The position numbers and the translations under genes were made by a program. A stretch of 64,000 bases of DNA from the human T2T-CHM13v2.0 reference genome, Homo sapiens, in NCBI RefSeq assembly GCF_009914755.1, contig NC_060933.1. One strand, written 5' to 3'. Each line of letters opens with the position of its first letter. The first letter of the stretch is position 1. Below are positions 29,517 through 46,475 of this stretch, piece by piece. The notes below the pieces were generated by a model. The model was not told where the DNA came from and ran no database searches. It was given only the letters and a program-made list of their open reading frames with translations.

Positions 29517-30535
29517 CTATCTTATTTTAAAAATCTTACAAATGAAGCATATCAGTGAGTTTTAACTCTATTTGTCAGACATATTCAAATACAACAGTTT
29601 TCAAGATCCACTGATTTACGGGGAAAAAATCTAACTTTTCTAGATAAAACATGACAAAAATTGGTGGATTACATGAAAAAAATAATGAAATAATTATTGA
29701 AGTACAGCAACAATGAAACCCCTGCATTTAGATTATATATATTTATGATTTATCTTCTTCAGCTATGACAACCATTAAAATCAAGTAGTGAAATAATCTA
29801 CCCTTGGATTACTGAATCAAAATGAAAACAAGGATTTTTAGTAATATCAAAGCATATTAATCATACTGCTCATTAGATGTTAATCATGTTTTATGGAAAA
29901 ATAAACTGTCCTTAATAAAAATCTTTAAAATAGTAAATATTGCTTATTTCATTGTTCTCATATTTCTATGCTGTTCGAAAGTTTGGAGACTATTTTTAAA
30001 ACCTGAATCGCATTATACCACTCTCTTGCCTTAAAATTATTCAATGGCTTCCGATTGTTCTTAGGTAAAAACCAAATTCCTTAACAAAGCTTTTAACAGC
30101 TCTTCACGATTTTGACCCTACGCAGCTGTCCACCTTCACCAGGTCTCCATTATGCTTGCCTATGCTCACCACTGGGCTTCCTTCACTTCCATGCACCAGG
30201 ACCCATCTCTCCCCTCTCCCCTCCCCTGTGAAGACATTGCCCTCCCTTTCTGCCTGGCTGATTCTTACTCATGTTGAACAAGTCAGCTTAACTATCATTT
30301 CTATTGAGTCCCTCTGCTAGGTTAGGTCTCCCTGCGTTACACTCCCTTTACAAAACCTATATTTCCCATACTATAAATCATCACTGTAATTACTTACTAA
30401 GTCTTATTCACTGTTTTATCCTCAGTGTCAGCACAATACTTGGCACACAGAAGTAATCAATACATATTACTAAAAAAGTGAAATGTGCTCAATTCACACC
30501 TGTAGACAATAATAAAATAGCAAAAATGAACTTAC

Positions 30536-30569
30536 CAAATAGGATAAAAAGCCCATGTGGTGTGATAAG
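30536..30569 (-). CDS. PTBP3: PTBP3 34-nt coding exon (RRM3; counterpart of PTBP1 exon 11 / PTBP2 exon 10): LITPHGLFILF(G)
   Basis: Acceptor ccctttacag|CTT, donor TTG|gtaagt; phase 0-1; needed to keep the frame. Confidence 0.94.
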
Positions 30570-30777
30570 CTGTAAAGGGTAACACAAAGTTAAGTGTCTG
30601 ACAATTTAAGTAAAAATTGAAAATAAGTTTATTTATACTGTAATGGCAGTTGATTTTATTTTAAAGCATGGTTTTATATGCTTCTTCCGTATATACTAGT
30701 GATGAATTTTAATAGAAGTTCTTAAAACAAACTTAAGCATTTTAATTTGAATACAACCCTGGATCAGAAGCTACCAT

Positions 30778-31059
30778 GGCTAGGCATGGTGGCTCACACC
30801 TGTAATCCCAGCACTTTGGGAGGCTGAGGTGTGTGTCGCTTGAGCCCAGGAGCTTGAGACCAGCCTGGGCAACATAGCAAGATCCTGTTTCTACAAAAGA
30901 ATTAAAAAAAAAAATTAGCCAGGCGTGGTAGTGGGCACCTGTAATCCTAGCTACCTGAGAGCCTGAGGTGGGAGGATCACTTGAGCCCAGGAAGCAGAGG
31001 TCACAGTGAGTGAATGCAGCACCACACTGAAGCCTGAGTAACAGAGTAAAATCCTTTCT
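30778..31059 (+). mobile_element. Alu (AluJ-like), antisense to PTBP3
   Basis: Dimeric Alu whose tail has become an AAGAG microsatellite. Confidence 0.88.
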
Positions 31060-31193
31060 GAAAAGAAAAGAAGAGAAGAGAAGAGAAGAGAAGAGAAGAG
31101 AAGAGAAGAGAAGAGAAGAGAAGAGAAGAGAGAAGAGAAGAGAAGAGAAGAGAAGAGAAGAAAAGAAAAGAAAGAAAGAAAGAAAGAAAAAAG
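31060..31193 (+). repeat. Pure-purine (AAGAG)n/(AAAAG)n/(AAAG)n compound microsatellite; (CUCUU)n on the pre-mRNA
   Basis: About 134 nt with no pyrimidine on +. Confidence 0.97.
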
Positions 31194-31247
31194 TGCTACT
31201 ATACCTTCTCCTGAAAGACTATTTACATATAATACTTTTCAACTCAC

Positions 31248-31387
31248 ATCAGGATTGAGATTTGTGACGAGTAGAACAGAATTTCCTGGTATACCACTAG
31301 CCCCAGGAATGGCCATCCTTCCAGTGACAGCAGAAGAGGTGATTGTGAGAGGACCAAGAGCTCCAGGAACAGCTGGAACTGATAGAC
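31248..31387 (-). CDS. PTBP3: PTBP3 coding exon, 140 nt (linker and start of RRM3): (G)LSVPAVPGALGPLTITSSAVTGRMAIPGASGIPGNSVLLVTNLNPD
   Basis: Acceptor tttttaaaag|GTC, donor GAT|gtgagt; phase 1-0. Confidence 0.94.
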
Positions 31388-32418
31388 CTTTTAAAAATAC
31401 CAAAAGCATTTCATATTCTAATTATTTGAAGAACTGTAACACTTGATACAATTTAAGTAAATAAAGAGGAAAGGAAAACTACAGAAAGAAAATGTGTCAA
31501 GGCTACCATAAAGATACTGAAGGCCAGTTTTCTGCCCTACAGAGTCTGTCTGCAAGCTGAGCTCCTCATCTATTGACATTACTATACTTAGTGCTCTATT
31601 ATCCACACAGTACTCTGCAGAGTAACTGAACTCACTGGGCCTAACGCTATTAGGCTTTTCAGAGGGTCTATCAACTACAAACACTCCCTCTGTTTCTTAC
31701 AATAGATATATCCTAACACCCTTCTATCAAGTGTATATGCTTTTCATACTGACTTCTACCATAAAATCAGATATGTATTTTTTTAAAGTCCTTCAGCAGA
31801 AAGTCAAAAACATGCATGCTAGGTAGTGCTATATGACATTTTATATGGGAAAAACATTTTGTGACTGTATAAAATGCTATATTAAATATTATTCTGACCA
31901 AAATAGATATTTACAGAATTCAATATTCTTTTGTAGCAGAAATGTTCTGAGCTCTCTACTTCTCTAGGTACTATGGAAATCCTGAAAGCTCAGTAACAGC
32001 AGAATACTGACACTATACTTAAAACAGCACACTTTCCCACTATTTTGTGTTCTCAGCTTAAAACCTGTCTAAGGTAAAACCTCTAGTTTATGCAAAATGA
32101 ACCAATTCCTTAATTTAATGACTCTTTAAAATAAACAGTCTGACCACTTCACCACAAATCATGTAATTAAATTATAATATATTTTACATTCAGCCTATTC
32201 TGCTTGATAATCTAAGAAGGTCATAACTACCATCATCCATACTGCTGAATTTTAAAACTGTGCAGACCACATTCTCAGGCTGAATACTACTGCACGAAAT
32301 CAATAGCCTTCACATGACATATTCCCATGCCCCTCCAGTCCAACCCTGACTTTTGCATAACTTTTGCTGTTTGTATGTCTGTTATTCATGAGCTAAGAGC
32401 ACAGTTGAGCTACACTGT

Positions 32419-32421
<3 letters not shown>

Positions 32422-32463
<42 letters not shown>
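32422..32463 (+). repeat. (GT)n microsatellite
   Basis: About 21 perfect units. Confidence 0.97.
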
Positions 32464-32465
<2 letters not shown>

Positions 32466-32796
32466 CTTCTATCAGCTTAAAAGTCTTATCAAGTCAGAAG
32501 CCCTCTTTTATTCACTTTTCATCTTTCTTAATATTAATTAATATTTATATATAGAGTATATCTAAAAGAAATATCCAAAATGAGGGAAAACATATCAAAA
32601 TGTCCACCAATTGTTAAACCTTGAGGAGCTTCAAATAAATAAACTATGTTTTTAACACAATAGGTAGAATATTCACTTAATTAAACATATGTTAAGATAT
32701 ACTAAAAACCACCAAGATGGTAAAATTTAAAACCTCAACCTTCATATCACTCTTTCTGTTAACTCCATCCTCTCCATCAAAAAGAGAGTAGTTATT

Positions 32797-33110
32797 GGCC
32801 AGGTGCAGTGGCTCACCCTTTAATCCCAGCACTTTGGGAGGCTGAGGCAGGCTAATCACTTGAGGCCAGGAGTTTGAGACCAGCCTAGCCAACATGGCGA
32901 AACCCCACCTCTACTAAAAATACAAAAATTAGCTGGGCGTGGTGACATGCACTTCTAGTCCCAGCTACTCAGAAGGCTGAGGCATGAGAATCATTTGAAC
33001 CCAGGAAGTGGAGGTTGCAGTAAGACAAGATTGCACCACTGCATTCCAGCCTGGGCAACAGAGTGAGCTATCTGTCTCACAACAACAACAAAAAAAAAAA
33101 AGAGAGAGAG
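32797..33110 (+). mobile_element. Alu (AluS-like)
   Basis: Full dimer. Confidence 0.9.
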
Positions 33111-33970
33111 ACAGTAGTTAAAATTCCCAGAATTCAAAGGTTAGAATATAAAGATTACTGCCAGAAAGCAGCTATGTTGCAATTTAAAATGTAGTTAAAG
33201 TCATGAATCAGTTTAAGTTGGAAATATGTGGAGTAGGCTTACCAAACTCTGTCATTCCCCTAATCACCAACCTCAGTGTTTTCTTTAGACACCAGAGATA
33301 AAACCATAAAGTAACATTTTCTCTTTTCCTTAAATTATAATCAAATTCATTTTGTTTACTGTTTTGAAAATAATGGGAATCATTATCAACGTATTAATCA
33401 ACTCCTATCTCTTAATTACCTCCATTAGCTAAAGAGACAAAATATATATCCCCTGAAATAAACAGCATGCATACCCCTCTATCGTAATCTTCAAAACCCA
33501 TTAATGACAAAAGGTTTTCCAAAGATGAATAGTGAATGTATAGTATGACTGCATATTATTTGTTGAGTACTGTCAAAGGCATTGAAGGCCCAAAGATAAG
33601 ACAGGTCTGTTCAACACATAATTGATAAGTTTATCAGTAAAGACAGAGCAGCTTATACATTTTATATAACAACTGGAAAGGCAAATCTAAGGTTATTTAA
33701 TGTAGTTAGCCTATAGTTATTTGTGCCAAAAGCAAACATAAATGATGCAGAACACATACTGATTACTGGAATTAAAAATAGGACCAGAGAGAATAATTTG
33801 TAAATAACAAGGAAGCTATATATCATACAAATCACTACACTTCTACAGCTGATATGCATAATGCTTTATGGTAAATTCTTCAAATATGATAACATTCTTC
33901 ATCTTGGTAAGTTCCTAGAAAATATACAACTTCATTAAAAGTCATTTCAAATCCAACTTAAAAGAATCAC

Positions 33971-34048
33971 CTGTAGCTTGAGGAAATCCAATGGCTGGGG
34001 CAAATCCAGCAGCCCCTGCATATGGTGAAGAAATTATACCCGGTGCAC
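33971..34048 (-). CDS. PTBP3: PTBP3 coding exon, 78 nt (RRM2-3 linker; counterpart of PTBP1 exon 9): (G)APGIISSPYAGAAGFAPAIGFPQAT(G)
   Basis: Acceptor ttcccattag|GTG, donor CAG|gtgatt; symmetric phase 1-1. Confidence 0.93.
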
Positions 34049-36899
34049 CTAATGGGAAAGAGAAGCTAAAGTAAACACACTACCTTCTATAAATATCGTT
34101 ATCAAAGCAATATAAAATGGCTCTATGAAAGTATATTACTAACAAAGAGATTCTGTTACGGAGTAAAGATCTGTTCAACAAGTGATCTTTAACGTATAAA
34201 AAGAGCCTCTGCCACTTCCAAAGGCTAACCCTTTTCAATTGGGTTCAAGGACCAAGAGTACAGTTTAGCTATGATTTAGTTTTGGACTAGCCTGAGATTC
34301 TTTCTCTTATTTAGAGCAATATTTCATAATGAAAAATCAGTTACTTACTAAATGTTATTAAATCTGTATCTGTGGGGTAACTATGCTGATTTAAAAAAAA
34401 ATGAGTTAAAATCCTTGCCTTTGAGAGGCTTACAAACTAAAAGTACGAATTATAGGAGATTCATGATGAGGGTCGAAAGGTACAAATTCAAATATATTAC
34501 AATTGGAGTAAGAAGTGATCACAGAGGATTCACTGTGACTGGTCAGAGAAGTTTTCACTGGAGGTAAAACCTGAGCCAGATATTATGTAATTGAAGAAGC
34601 ACAGTACTTAGTGTGTACTAAATGCTAAACAAATGCTGGTCTTCTCTTTCCTTTAAGAAGCCTGTTGACTGTATATCATCAACAAAAACGGGAGTTCCAA
34701 TGGAGAGTCAGTTTTAGCAGACAAATGATTAATTTGGTTTGGGGGAACATCAAATTTAAGATGATGATGAGATATTCAAAAAGAAATGGCCAAAAGTGGA
34801 AATAAGGGCGCAAACTCAGATTATTGTAAGTAAACACATAAATTTGTGAATTACCTGTGTAGAAATAAATGTGAAAGCCATACAAATGAGAGCTCCACTT
34901 AAAAAGAGCACAAGACAAGAAATGAAGAATGCTAAAGATACAGCCTGGGGGTATAGGTACACTTAAGCAACAGAAGGAAAGGGAATATCCTACAGAAAAG
35001 AGGAAGAGACTAGCCCTAGAAACAGGAAAGAAACAAGGAATTATAGTACCTCAGAATCTAGAGGAATAGTTTCAAAAGGGGGATAGGGAGGACCTTCAAT
35101 ATAGGGCACAGAGAATGAGAAATGAAAAAGGTAAAACAACAGTATTACAGAAGTAGTGAGGGGTTGGACTGCAAACCTCAAAGGGGGGAGTTTGCTTTTT
35201 CAATGATAGGGAGATGACTGTATTTATAGGCACAAGTATGTAGGCTCTATTTTCCAGGAGTTAAAAACTCATATAATTTTATTTTCTTCATTAAAAAGAA
35301 TTATTTAATATAATTTATTAAATATGTAACTAATTATAGTAATTCAAGAAAATACCGTCACAAGAGACTGCAGGGATAGAATTAGCACAGAGAATTGACA
35401 CTGAGATTCAAAAAATGAGAGTAACTGACAGAATAACTGATGAAGTAAGAAGGGAGAGTGAAATCCATTTAACAAATACATGTTGAGAGCATATCATGAG
35501 CTAAGCATTCTAGTGAGGAGTCTGAACAAAGCAGACAAGATTTTGTCTTTGCTAAACTTACACACAAGCAAGCTCAAGATCATAGGTAAAATGATTCATT
35601 TTTACAACAGAAAACACTGTATTAAAGGCACAAAGGAAGACTTCACAAAGAGGCCTCAAGATAGACACAAGCAATTATGAACATCTACACTAGAAAGGCT
35701 AAAAACAAAGTTAAACAATAAGGAGAGATACGGTGGATATTGTATTATTGTTGCCAAATATTCACTTGCCCCCTTCTATATAACTGGCCAAACATGACTT
35801 GCAATGCCTTTAGGTGGAAGAGCACATATTTCCATGCAGTTCACACTGGGCTTGATCATGTCATGTTTTTCCCAAAGAATACTGGTGGAAATGACACATG
35901 TTCACATGTTACTTCTACACAGAGCCTTTAAATGGCATTAAGGGTTTATATCTGCTCCCTTATTCTCGACTCTCTGCCCCAAGAATGCCATGTCTCAAAA
36001 AGGAGTGGATCTTTAGCGTGGGCCCTAGATAAAAAAGGCAAGTGGAGGATGGCTGCAAGAGCTTATTCACAGCTGCCGAGGCATGGGAGAGAAATAAACA
36101 TTAATTTCTATCAACCACTGATGAGGGGGAGTAGTTGTAAAGGACAGCAAAGTGGCTAACACAGATGGCTACAGAAGGGGTGAGCAGAGAGAGCTCTAGC
36201 AAGCAGTAGATTTGAGAGAAATGAGGAAAGATTTTGAGATAACTATCATAGAACATTAAATAGAAATACATAAAAGGACTGGCAAACAATCATCAAGACC
36301 AAATTTGAATAACTGTTTCCATGTAAAATAAGATTAATAAGAACATTTGCTAAAATTTGACAAAACACACATTTTTCAAGTGTCTATATAATCCACACTC
36401 CCTAAATGAGCAGAAACAGAAACATCATATAGCAAAGTAACCTGTTAGACAGTGGATTCATATCTTCATTTCAGAATGAGGCAATTACACAAACCTTTAA
36501 GAAAAATGTTTCAGATCCGAATAAGAACGGATTCTTCACATTTGGAAAATGTACCACCATGATAGCAACCAAGGCAATACGAATTAATACATAAGATAAC
36601 ATTTTAACCCATGAAATCAGTTTATCACAGTGTTATTTGAAATAGCAAAATCCTAAAGAAACAAGCTTAATGTCTAAATTGGAGAATAATTAACATAAAC
36701 TAACCTTACTGCAGAAAAACGCTCAATGAACAAGTATAAAGACTTTCTTTAAAAAACCTAAAAGTTGCCGAGATTATAAGGAGTAACTAGGCCCAAACTC
36801 TAACCCTGTGACACTGAGCTTTGGTTTGATCAGCTCATGGGGTAGCAGGCCAGAAGCAAATCCCAGGGTTAGCCCACAGTGAGAAGTCAACAGGATACT

Positions 36900-38400
36900 C
36901 TCACTGCATTAACCTATTAATATAAGCTGAAAATAACCTACCCTATCTACTATTCCTCCCATCTTCAAAAGACTACAAGGAAGGTTTGCTTTGTGACCAG
37001 CAGAGAAGGGAGAAAAGTCCCCTGAAAAGTTCTAACCAAAAGGAAGCTTTCACAAAAATTTACAGTCCAAATTTACATTTCTTGGAAGTCCAAAGGAAAA
37101 TCAAGCTATAAATTTAGGTTGAAATGATCCTGAACGTAGAGCCTTTAATGCTGCAGGCAAGCAAATTCTCTCTGGAGGAACAAACACCTTAATCCTGAGC
37201 CTCAAAGGACAATCATAATTAATTCTCCAAGTAAAGTGAATAACTCATCCCCACCCTCCCCCACAAAAAAACCCAAAAAGTCAGAAATATCTAAGCAGAA
37301 AGAAAATTGCAAAAAATCTGAGATACTAAATTAAGCAGATGAAGATTTAAATAGTATGTTTGAAAAAAGACATACAAAAAAAATCTGTAGTACAGGAGAT
37401 ACTTTTTAAAAATGAACCAAATAAAATTTCTAGAAATGAAAGCCACAATTGCTAAGATCTAAAATTATAGGACAGATTTAACGACAATTAAACCAAGCTG
37501 AAGAGCGTCATCAGTGAACTGAAAGTTAGGTCCTAAGAATTATTCCAAATGCAGCTCAGAAAGAAAAGTTAAGTTTTACACACTGAGGACAGTATGGGGG
37601 TATAACATGTCTAATCAAAGCTCCAGAAAGGCAGGAGAGAAATAGTGTTAAGGGGGAATATATGAAAGGATAATTTCTAGAACCACTAAAAATAACAAAC
37701 AATCCACTGACTCAAGAAGCCCAATGGCTCCAATTAGAATAAAAATAAATCCTTAAATGAATACATCATATTGAAAGTACACAAAAGAAAAAGGACACCA
37801 AAAAGGAAAATCCCTAAAGAACAGCCAGAAAAAACAGAGCAGCAGTTAGCTTGACAACTGACTTTCTAAGAGCAACAATGGACATCAGAATACCACAGAA
37901 TGGTATCTTTAATACGCTGAAAGAAAAAATACCTGTCAACCTAGAACTTTATACTCAGCAAAAATAACTCTTAAAATTGATTAAAAAAAGAAAGATATTT
38001 TGGGGCAAATAAAAACTTCAAATATGTTACCATAGACCTTTCCTAAGTGAAATACTAAAAAGGATCCTCAGGCAGAATATAAGTGTTTTCAGATGGCATG
38101 TCTGAGTTGCAAGAAGGAATGAAAAGCCTAAAGAGTTATATATGGTTTAATCACTGATTGTACAAAACAATAATAACAAATTGCCAAGACTAAAGTCAAA
38201 TAACATAAAAATATAATAACATCACAGGTAAGGAGGAGGCAAAAGGAGTCCAAGTGTCCTAATTTCTTCTATTATGTAAGAAAAGGTACAGCTATTAATT
38301 AACATTAGATTTTGGTAAAATGTTTGAAAGTTAAAAATCTAGATAAAAACAGAAGCAGTGCTAAACTTCAAACCAGTAGTGGAAAAAACAGAATAATAAA
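36900..38400 (+). mobile_element. Old L1M fragment (ORF1 region remnants)
   Basis: A-rich decayed ORF1-like motifs (ctgactttct...gcaacaatgga; aacctagaactttata). Confidence 0.55.
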
Positions 38401-38597
38401 CATTTATTCAGCAAATATTGTTTGCATGGTTATTTTGCTTCCAGAATTAGGAAATATTAGTAAACTGAATAGGCATCCTACTCCCCAAGTCTGCCCTGGT
38501 GAAGTTTGAGAGATTAAAAACAGAATAAACAATACACAGAATACGCAATAAGTTAATTGTATGGCATGTAAGGTGACAATTACTATGGAAAAAAACA

Positions 38598-39099
<502 letters not shown>

Positions 39100-39472
39100 T
39101 CAGTGTACCTGGGAGAAAAGTACTCCAGGCAGAAGAAATAACAAGTGGAACGATCTGGAGGTTGGAACACACCTAATATGTTTGACAAACAATAGGGATT
39201 TCAGTATTGAGGGGTAGAAGGATGAAGTAGGGGAGCACAAAAAAAGATTTGTCAAAAAGAAAAAAGATGGTATAGGGCCTTGTAATCCAATGTAAAGATG
39301 GGGGCATCCACTCCAAAAGAAACAGAAACCTTTGGAGGGTAGTCAGCATTAGAGTAAAATGATTTGACTTAATTTATTTTCTAACTTATATAGAATACAA
39401 TGTACATATATACATGTGTATGTACTATATTATGTATATCTATCTATGTACAATGTGATGAGTTTTGATATA

Positions 39473-40853
<1,381 letters not shown>

Positions 40854-41269
40854 TATATTTAAAGCATGTGAAATTATCATCACAATCAAGATAACAAATA
40901 TTCCCATCATTCCTGAAAATTTTCTCATGTCCCTCTGCAATCTCCCTCTCTCCAAACCTTGTCCTCAGGCAACCACTGATCTTTCTCACACTATAGATTA
41001 GTTTGCATTTTATAGAAATATATACAAACAGAATTATAGAATAGGTGTTCCCTTCTGTCTGGCTTCTCTTGTTCAGCATAATCCCTTTGCCTTTATCACT
41101 ACTTTATTCCTTTTTATTGCTGAATAGTACTTGATTGCATAGAAGGACCACTTTTATCTATTCAACTGTTAGTAGAATACTTCTAGATTTTGGCTATTAT
41201 AAATAAAACTGCTATGAACATTTGTGTTTAATTAACACCTAATATTAAATCACATTTTAATTAATTTAT

Positions 41270-41433
41270 TTATATATTTTTTAGAGATGGGGTCTGACTG
41301 TGTTGCCCGAAATGGAGTACAGCAGCTATTCACAGGCTTGATTAGAGCACACTCAAGCCTCAGCTCAAACAATCCTCCTGCCTCAGCCTCCCATGTAACA
41401 GGAACTACAGGTGTGCTGGCCACTGCACCCAGC
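41270..41433 (-). mobile_element. FAM-like monomer
   Basis: gctattcacagg motif in an antisense monomer. Confidence 0.7.
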
Positions 41434-41690
41434 AACATTTTTAAATTTCACAAATCACCAGGCTAGGTAGGAGCCAGAGGTTTTGCCAACTTGGAGTGAG
41501 TAATGTTTGCCTTTTGGTTTTATCTTTCAAGCAGCGGAGCACTAAAATTATGATGTACAATATGTAAATTATTTCCTTTTATGGTTTGTGCTTTCTGTGG
41601 TCTAATAAACTTTGCATATCTCCAAGTTACAAAGATTTTCTCCTATGTCTTCTTCTGGAAATTTTATAGGTATAAGTGTATTTGTTTTTA

Positions 41691-41980
41691 AGAGACAGGG
41701 TCTTGCTATGTTGCCCAGGCTGGAGTGCAGTGGCTATTCACAGGCACACTACCACTACTGATCTACATGGGAGTTTTGACCTCCTCTGTTTCTGACCTGG
41801 ACCAGTTCATCCTTCCTTAGGCAACCTTGTGGACCTCCTCTCCTGGGAAGTCACGATATTGATGCCGAACTTAAGTGTAGACATCTGATCAGCACGGAGC
41901 ACTATAGCCCAGAACTCATGGGCTCAAGTGATCCTTCAACCTCGGCCTCCTGAATAGCTGGAACTACAGGTCCACGCAAC
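41691..41980 (-). pseudogene. 7SL (SRP) RNA retropseudogene, near full length
   Basis: Alu-domain ends plus the S domain absent from Alus (gatattgatgccgaactta; ccttaggcaacc; ggagttttgacct). Confidence 0.88.
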
Positions 41981-42399
41981 AAATTTTACATACAGGACTA
42001 AGATCCATTTCAATTTAATTTGTCAGTATGGACAGGATAATGGTTAATACTTTTTATCCCCAATACCAATATCCACTTATACAAAACCGACTTGTTGAAA
42101 GACTTTCCCTTTCCCTAGTGGATTAGATTGGCAACTTTGTTGAAAATCAATTGACCACATCTGTGGATCTATTTCTAGCCTCTCTAATATGCTCCATTAA
42201 TCTATATATCTATCCTTCTGACATTACCAAACTGGCTTGATTACTGCAGCTCTATATTAAGTCTTACAGCTTAAAAAAAAAAAAAAAACAGTTTTCAGCA
42301 GCTCTACTCTAAATGCTTTCTTTTCCCATTTCTATATTAATTTTAGAAGTTTGGTCTATCTTAGTTAAACAAGAAAAAGAATTAAAGTCCCAGGGATTA

Positions 42400-44495
<2,096 letters not shown>

Positions 44496-45132
44496 AACTA
44501 AAGTTAGTAGTATGTGTTTGCAATTCCGAAACCACTTCTGTGTAATCTAAGATTGAGCAAATAAGTAAACATGTTGAGGCTAATAGGAATCACATTTCTT
44601 ATTCTTGAAGAGTTACCAATATGTAAAGGGTGCTGGACAGGAATCAGGATTTTCAGTTAAAATTTGTTTTTTAAAACACACACACACACACAGAAACATA
44701 TATTTATGAAGCAAACATAGACACATGTCCTAGTCATGTCCATTTAGTCATGCCCTATTGTCAATGAGCACATCTAATGTTTAGGTATTGATTTTTAAAT
44801 ACCATTTTCCCCTAAAAGAAACCAGGGCTCATTGAAGAAATGGCTGATTCCAGTGCCAGGTTGGGTAAAGAAGATCTGGAATATCTAGTGCTAGAAAGAA
44901 AGGGAGTGCTCCAATTATGAGGGTGGCATGTCAAAAGGCCACAGAGCCAGTGTGAACGGGCTCCTACTGGCCAAATCAGGGGTAATTTGAACATAAAATG
45001 AAAAACGAAAGTAGGAAATTATACCCTGTAGAATAAAATAAGAATCTATGAGTCCTTACTGACATGAAATAAATGAATGAAAGTGATGATAAGAAACCTC
45101 ATCCTCTCAAAGTGCTGGGATTACAGGTGTGA

Positions 45133-45453
<321 letters not shown>

Positions 45454-45581
45454 AGAAAAACATTCTTTATAATAAAATGCTAGCTAATAAAGGTAGAAGA
45501 AATGATGGAATTAGCAAATTATCTCATGGAAACCATCACAGTAACAAATAATTTTGGCAACAGATGTGAAAAATAAAAGGT

Positions 45582-45892
45582 AGGACAGGCGCGGTGGCTC
45601 ACGCCTGTAATCCCAGCACTTCGGGAGGCTGAGGCGGGCGGATCACGAGGTCAGGAGATTGAGACCATCCTGGCTAACACGGTGAAAGTCCATCCTACTA
45701 AAAATACAAAAAATTAGCCGGGCGTAGTGGCGGGCACCTGTAGTCCCAGCTACTCAGGAGGTTGAGGCAGGAGTATGGTGTGAACCCGGGAGGCGGAGCT
45801 AGCAGTGAGCCGAGATCACACCACTGCACTCCAGCCTGGGCAACAGAGCGAGACTCTGTCTCAAAAAAAAAAAAAGAAAAAGAAAAAGAAAA
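45582..45892 (+). mobile_element. Alu (AluY-like)
   Basis: CpG-rich; gatcacgaggtcaggagat, gaccatcctggctaacacggtg, ggcggagct diagnostics. Confidence 0.88.
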
Positions 45893-46197
45893 GGTGAAAA
45901 GTGGTAAGAACAGGGTATTTATCATCTCAATCAGTAAATTCGTTACAAAGGGAAGAATAGTAACATTACAGGGAAGAAATCTGCAAGACCACTTTAATAA
46001 GTGACCAAAGCTAACACCACAAGAAAAAGGATAAATTAACATCATGTGTCTCCTAATGTAATGAAGTAGGAAAGACACAAAATTATTTCTGCAGTATTTC
46101 TGCTCAAAAATGTATACAATGATGAGGAAAACCCAGACATCTATATTGAAAGACATTCTACAAAAAATATCCTCCCTAGACTCTTTAAAAATCCAAC

Positions 46198-46440
46198 AGT
46201 CCAACCTGGGCAACACAGTGAGACTCTGTCTCTACAAGAAAGTAAAAATAAAAATTAGCCGGGTATGATGGTGAGTGACTGTAGTCCCAGACACCCAGGA
46301 GGCTGAGGTACAAGGATCACTTGAACCCAGGAGGCTGAGGTACAAGGATCACTTGAGCCCTGGAGGTTGAGGTTGCAGTTAGCTGTGATCACATCACTGC
46401 ACTTCAGCCTGGGCAACAGATTAAGTCCCTGTTTCAATAA

Positions 46441-46475
<35 letters not shown>

